The notes under the pieces are model-generated. The model saw only the letters and a program-made list of their open reading frames with translations, ran no database searches and was not told the DNA's origin. Shown in pieces: positions 62,348 to 64,000 of a stretch of 64,000 bases of DNA (position 1 is its first letter; every line of letters begins with the position of its first letter). The translations under genes and the position numbers were made by a program. Origin of the DNA: Macrostomum hystrix (Eukaryota; Animalia; Platyhelminthes); the NCBI GenBank assembly GCA_950097015.1, contig CATNEN010000038.1, positions 25,482,001 through 25,546,000 on the forward strand. Direction: 5' to 3'.

Positions 62348-64000
62348 AGTAGATCTCCCTGAGTTCATCTAGTAGATCTCCCTGAGTTTATCTAGTAGAT
62401 CTCCGTGAGTTCATCTAGTAGATCTCCCTGAGTTTATCTAGTAGATCTCCGTGAGTTCATCTAGTAGATCTCCGTGAGTTCATCTAGTAGATCTCCCTGA
62501 GTTCATCTAGTAGATCTCCGTGAGTTCATCTAGTAGATCTCCCTGAGTTCATCTAGTAGATCTCCCTGAGTTTATCTAGTAGATCTCCGTGAGTTCATCT
62601 AGTAGATCTCCCTGAGTTTATCTAGTAGATCTCCGTGAGTTCATCTAGTAGATCTCCGTGAGTTTATCTAGTAGATCTCCGTGAGTTCATCTAGTAGATC
62701 TCCGTGAGTTCATCTAGTAGATCTCCGTGAGTTCATCTAGTAGATCTCCGTGAGTTCATCTAGTAGATATCCCTGAGTTCATCTAGTAGATATCCCTGAG
62801 TTCATCTAGTAGATATCCCTGAGTTCATCTAGTAGATCTCCGTGAGTTTATCTAGTAGATCTCCGTGAGTTCATCTAGTAGATCTCCGTGAGTTCATCTA
62901 GTAGATCTCCGTGAGTTCATCTAGTAGATCTCCCTGAGTTTATCTAGTAGATCTCCGTGAGTTCATCTAGTAGATCTCCGTGAGTTCATCTAGTAGATCT
63001 CCGTGAGTTCATCTAGTAGATCTCCGTGAGTTCATCTAGTAGATCTCCCTGAGTTCATCTAGTAGATCTCCGTGAGTTCATCTAGTAGATCTCCCTGAGT
63101 TCATCTAGTAGATCTCCCTGAGTTTATCTAGTAGATCTCCGTGAGTTCATCTAGTAGATCTCCCTGAGTTTATCTAGTAGATCTCCGTGAGTTCATCTAG
63201 TAGATCTCCGTGAGTTTATCTAGTAGATCTCCGTGAGTTCATCTAGTAGATCTCCGTGAGTTCATCTAGTAGATCTCCGTGAGTTCATCTAGTAGATCTC
63301 CGTGAGTTCATCTAGTAGATATCCCTGAGTTCATCTAGTAGATATCCCTGAGTTCATCTAGTAGATATCCCTGAGTTCATCTAGTAGATCTCCGTGAGTT
63401 TATCTAGTAGATCTCCGTGAGTTCATCTAGTAGATCTCCGTGAGTTCATCTAGTAGATCTCCGTGAGTTCATCTAGTAGATCTCCCTGAGTTTATCTAGT
63501 AGATCTCCGTGAGTTCATCTAGTAGATCTCCGTGAGTTCATCTAGTAGATCTCCGTGAGTTCATCTAGTAGATCTCCGTGAGTTCATCTAGTAGATCTCC
63601 GTGAGTTCATCTAGTAGATCTCCTTGAGTTCATCTAGTAGATCTCCCTGAGCTCATCTAGTAGATCTCCGTGAGCTCATCTAGTAGATATCCCTGAGCTC
63701 ATCTAGTAGATCTCCGTGAGTTCATCTAGTAGATCTCCGTGAGTTCATCTAGTAGATCTCCCTGAGTTTATCTAGTAGATCTCCGTGAGTTCATCTAGTA
63801 GATCTCCGTGAGTTCATCTAGTAGATCTCCGTGAGTTTATCTAGTAGATCTCCGTGAGTTCATCTAGTAGATCTCCTTGAGTTCATCTAGTAGATCTCCC
63901 TGAGCTCATCTAGTAGATCTCCCTGAGCTCATCTAGTAGATATCCCTGAGCTCATCTAGTAGATCTCCGTGAGTTCATCTAGTAGATCTCCGTGAGTTCA
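62348..64000 (+). repeat. 23-bp minisatellite (TAGATCTCCGTGAGTTCATCTAG), >70 copies, in the last PHKA intron
   Basis: Tandem units run to the window end. Confidence 0.97.

Overview
Eukaryotic (animal) genomic DNA with spliceosomal GT-AG introns and many minisatellites; the style suggests a free-living flatworm such as Macrostomum, but that is an unverified inference. Hand-spliced host genes: ZC3H13/Flacc-like m6A-writer subunit (7363-12360, -; 5' end unresolved), intronless VPS29 (14169-14717, -), FAM228-like (2 exons, -), SIN1/MAPKAP1 (4 exons, -), a large HELZ2-like RNB exoribonuclease + UPF1-like helicase gene (>=16 exons, ~46.6-58.9 kb, +) and the last exon of phosphorylase kinase alpha (-). 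The main accessory element is an apparently complete 10,947-bp CMC/EnSpm (CACTA-type) DNA transposon at 33506-44452. It has 34-bp CCCTA- TIRs, a 2-bp CA target duplication, AATGCATT-rich subterminal arrays and a transposase broken by one base in an A9 run. It also carries a hidden, intact 6-exon gene for a 374-aa protein with a BEN-domain-like C-terminus, only fragments of which show in the ORF track. tRNA-derived SINEs, a MITE and about 13 tandem arrays are also present. Family assignments come from recalled motifs; no searches were run.
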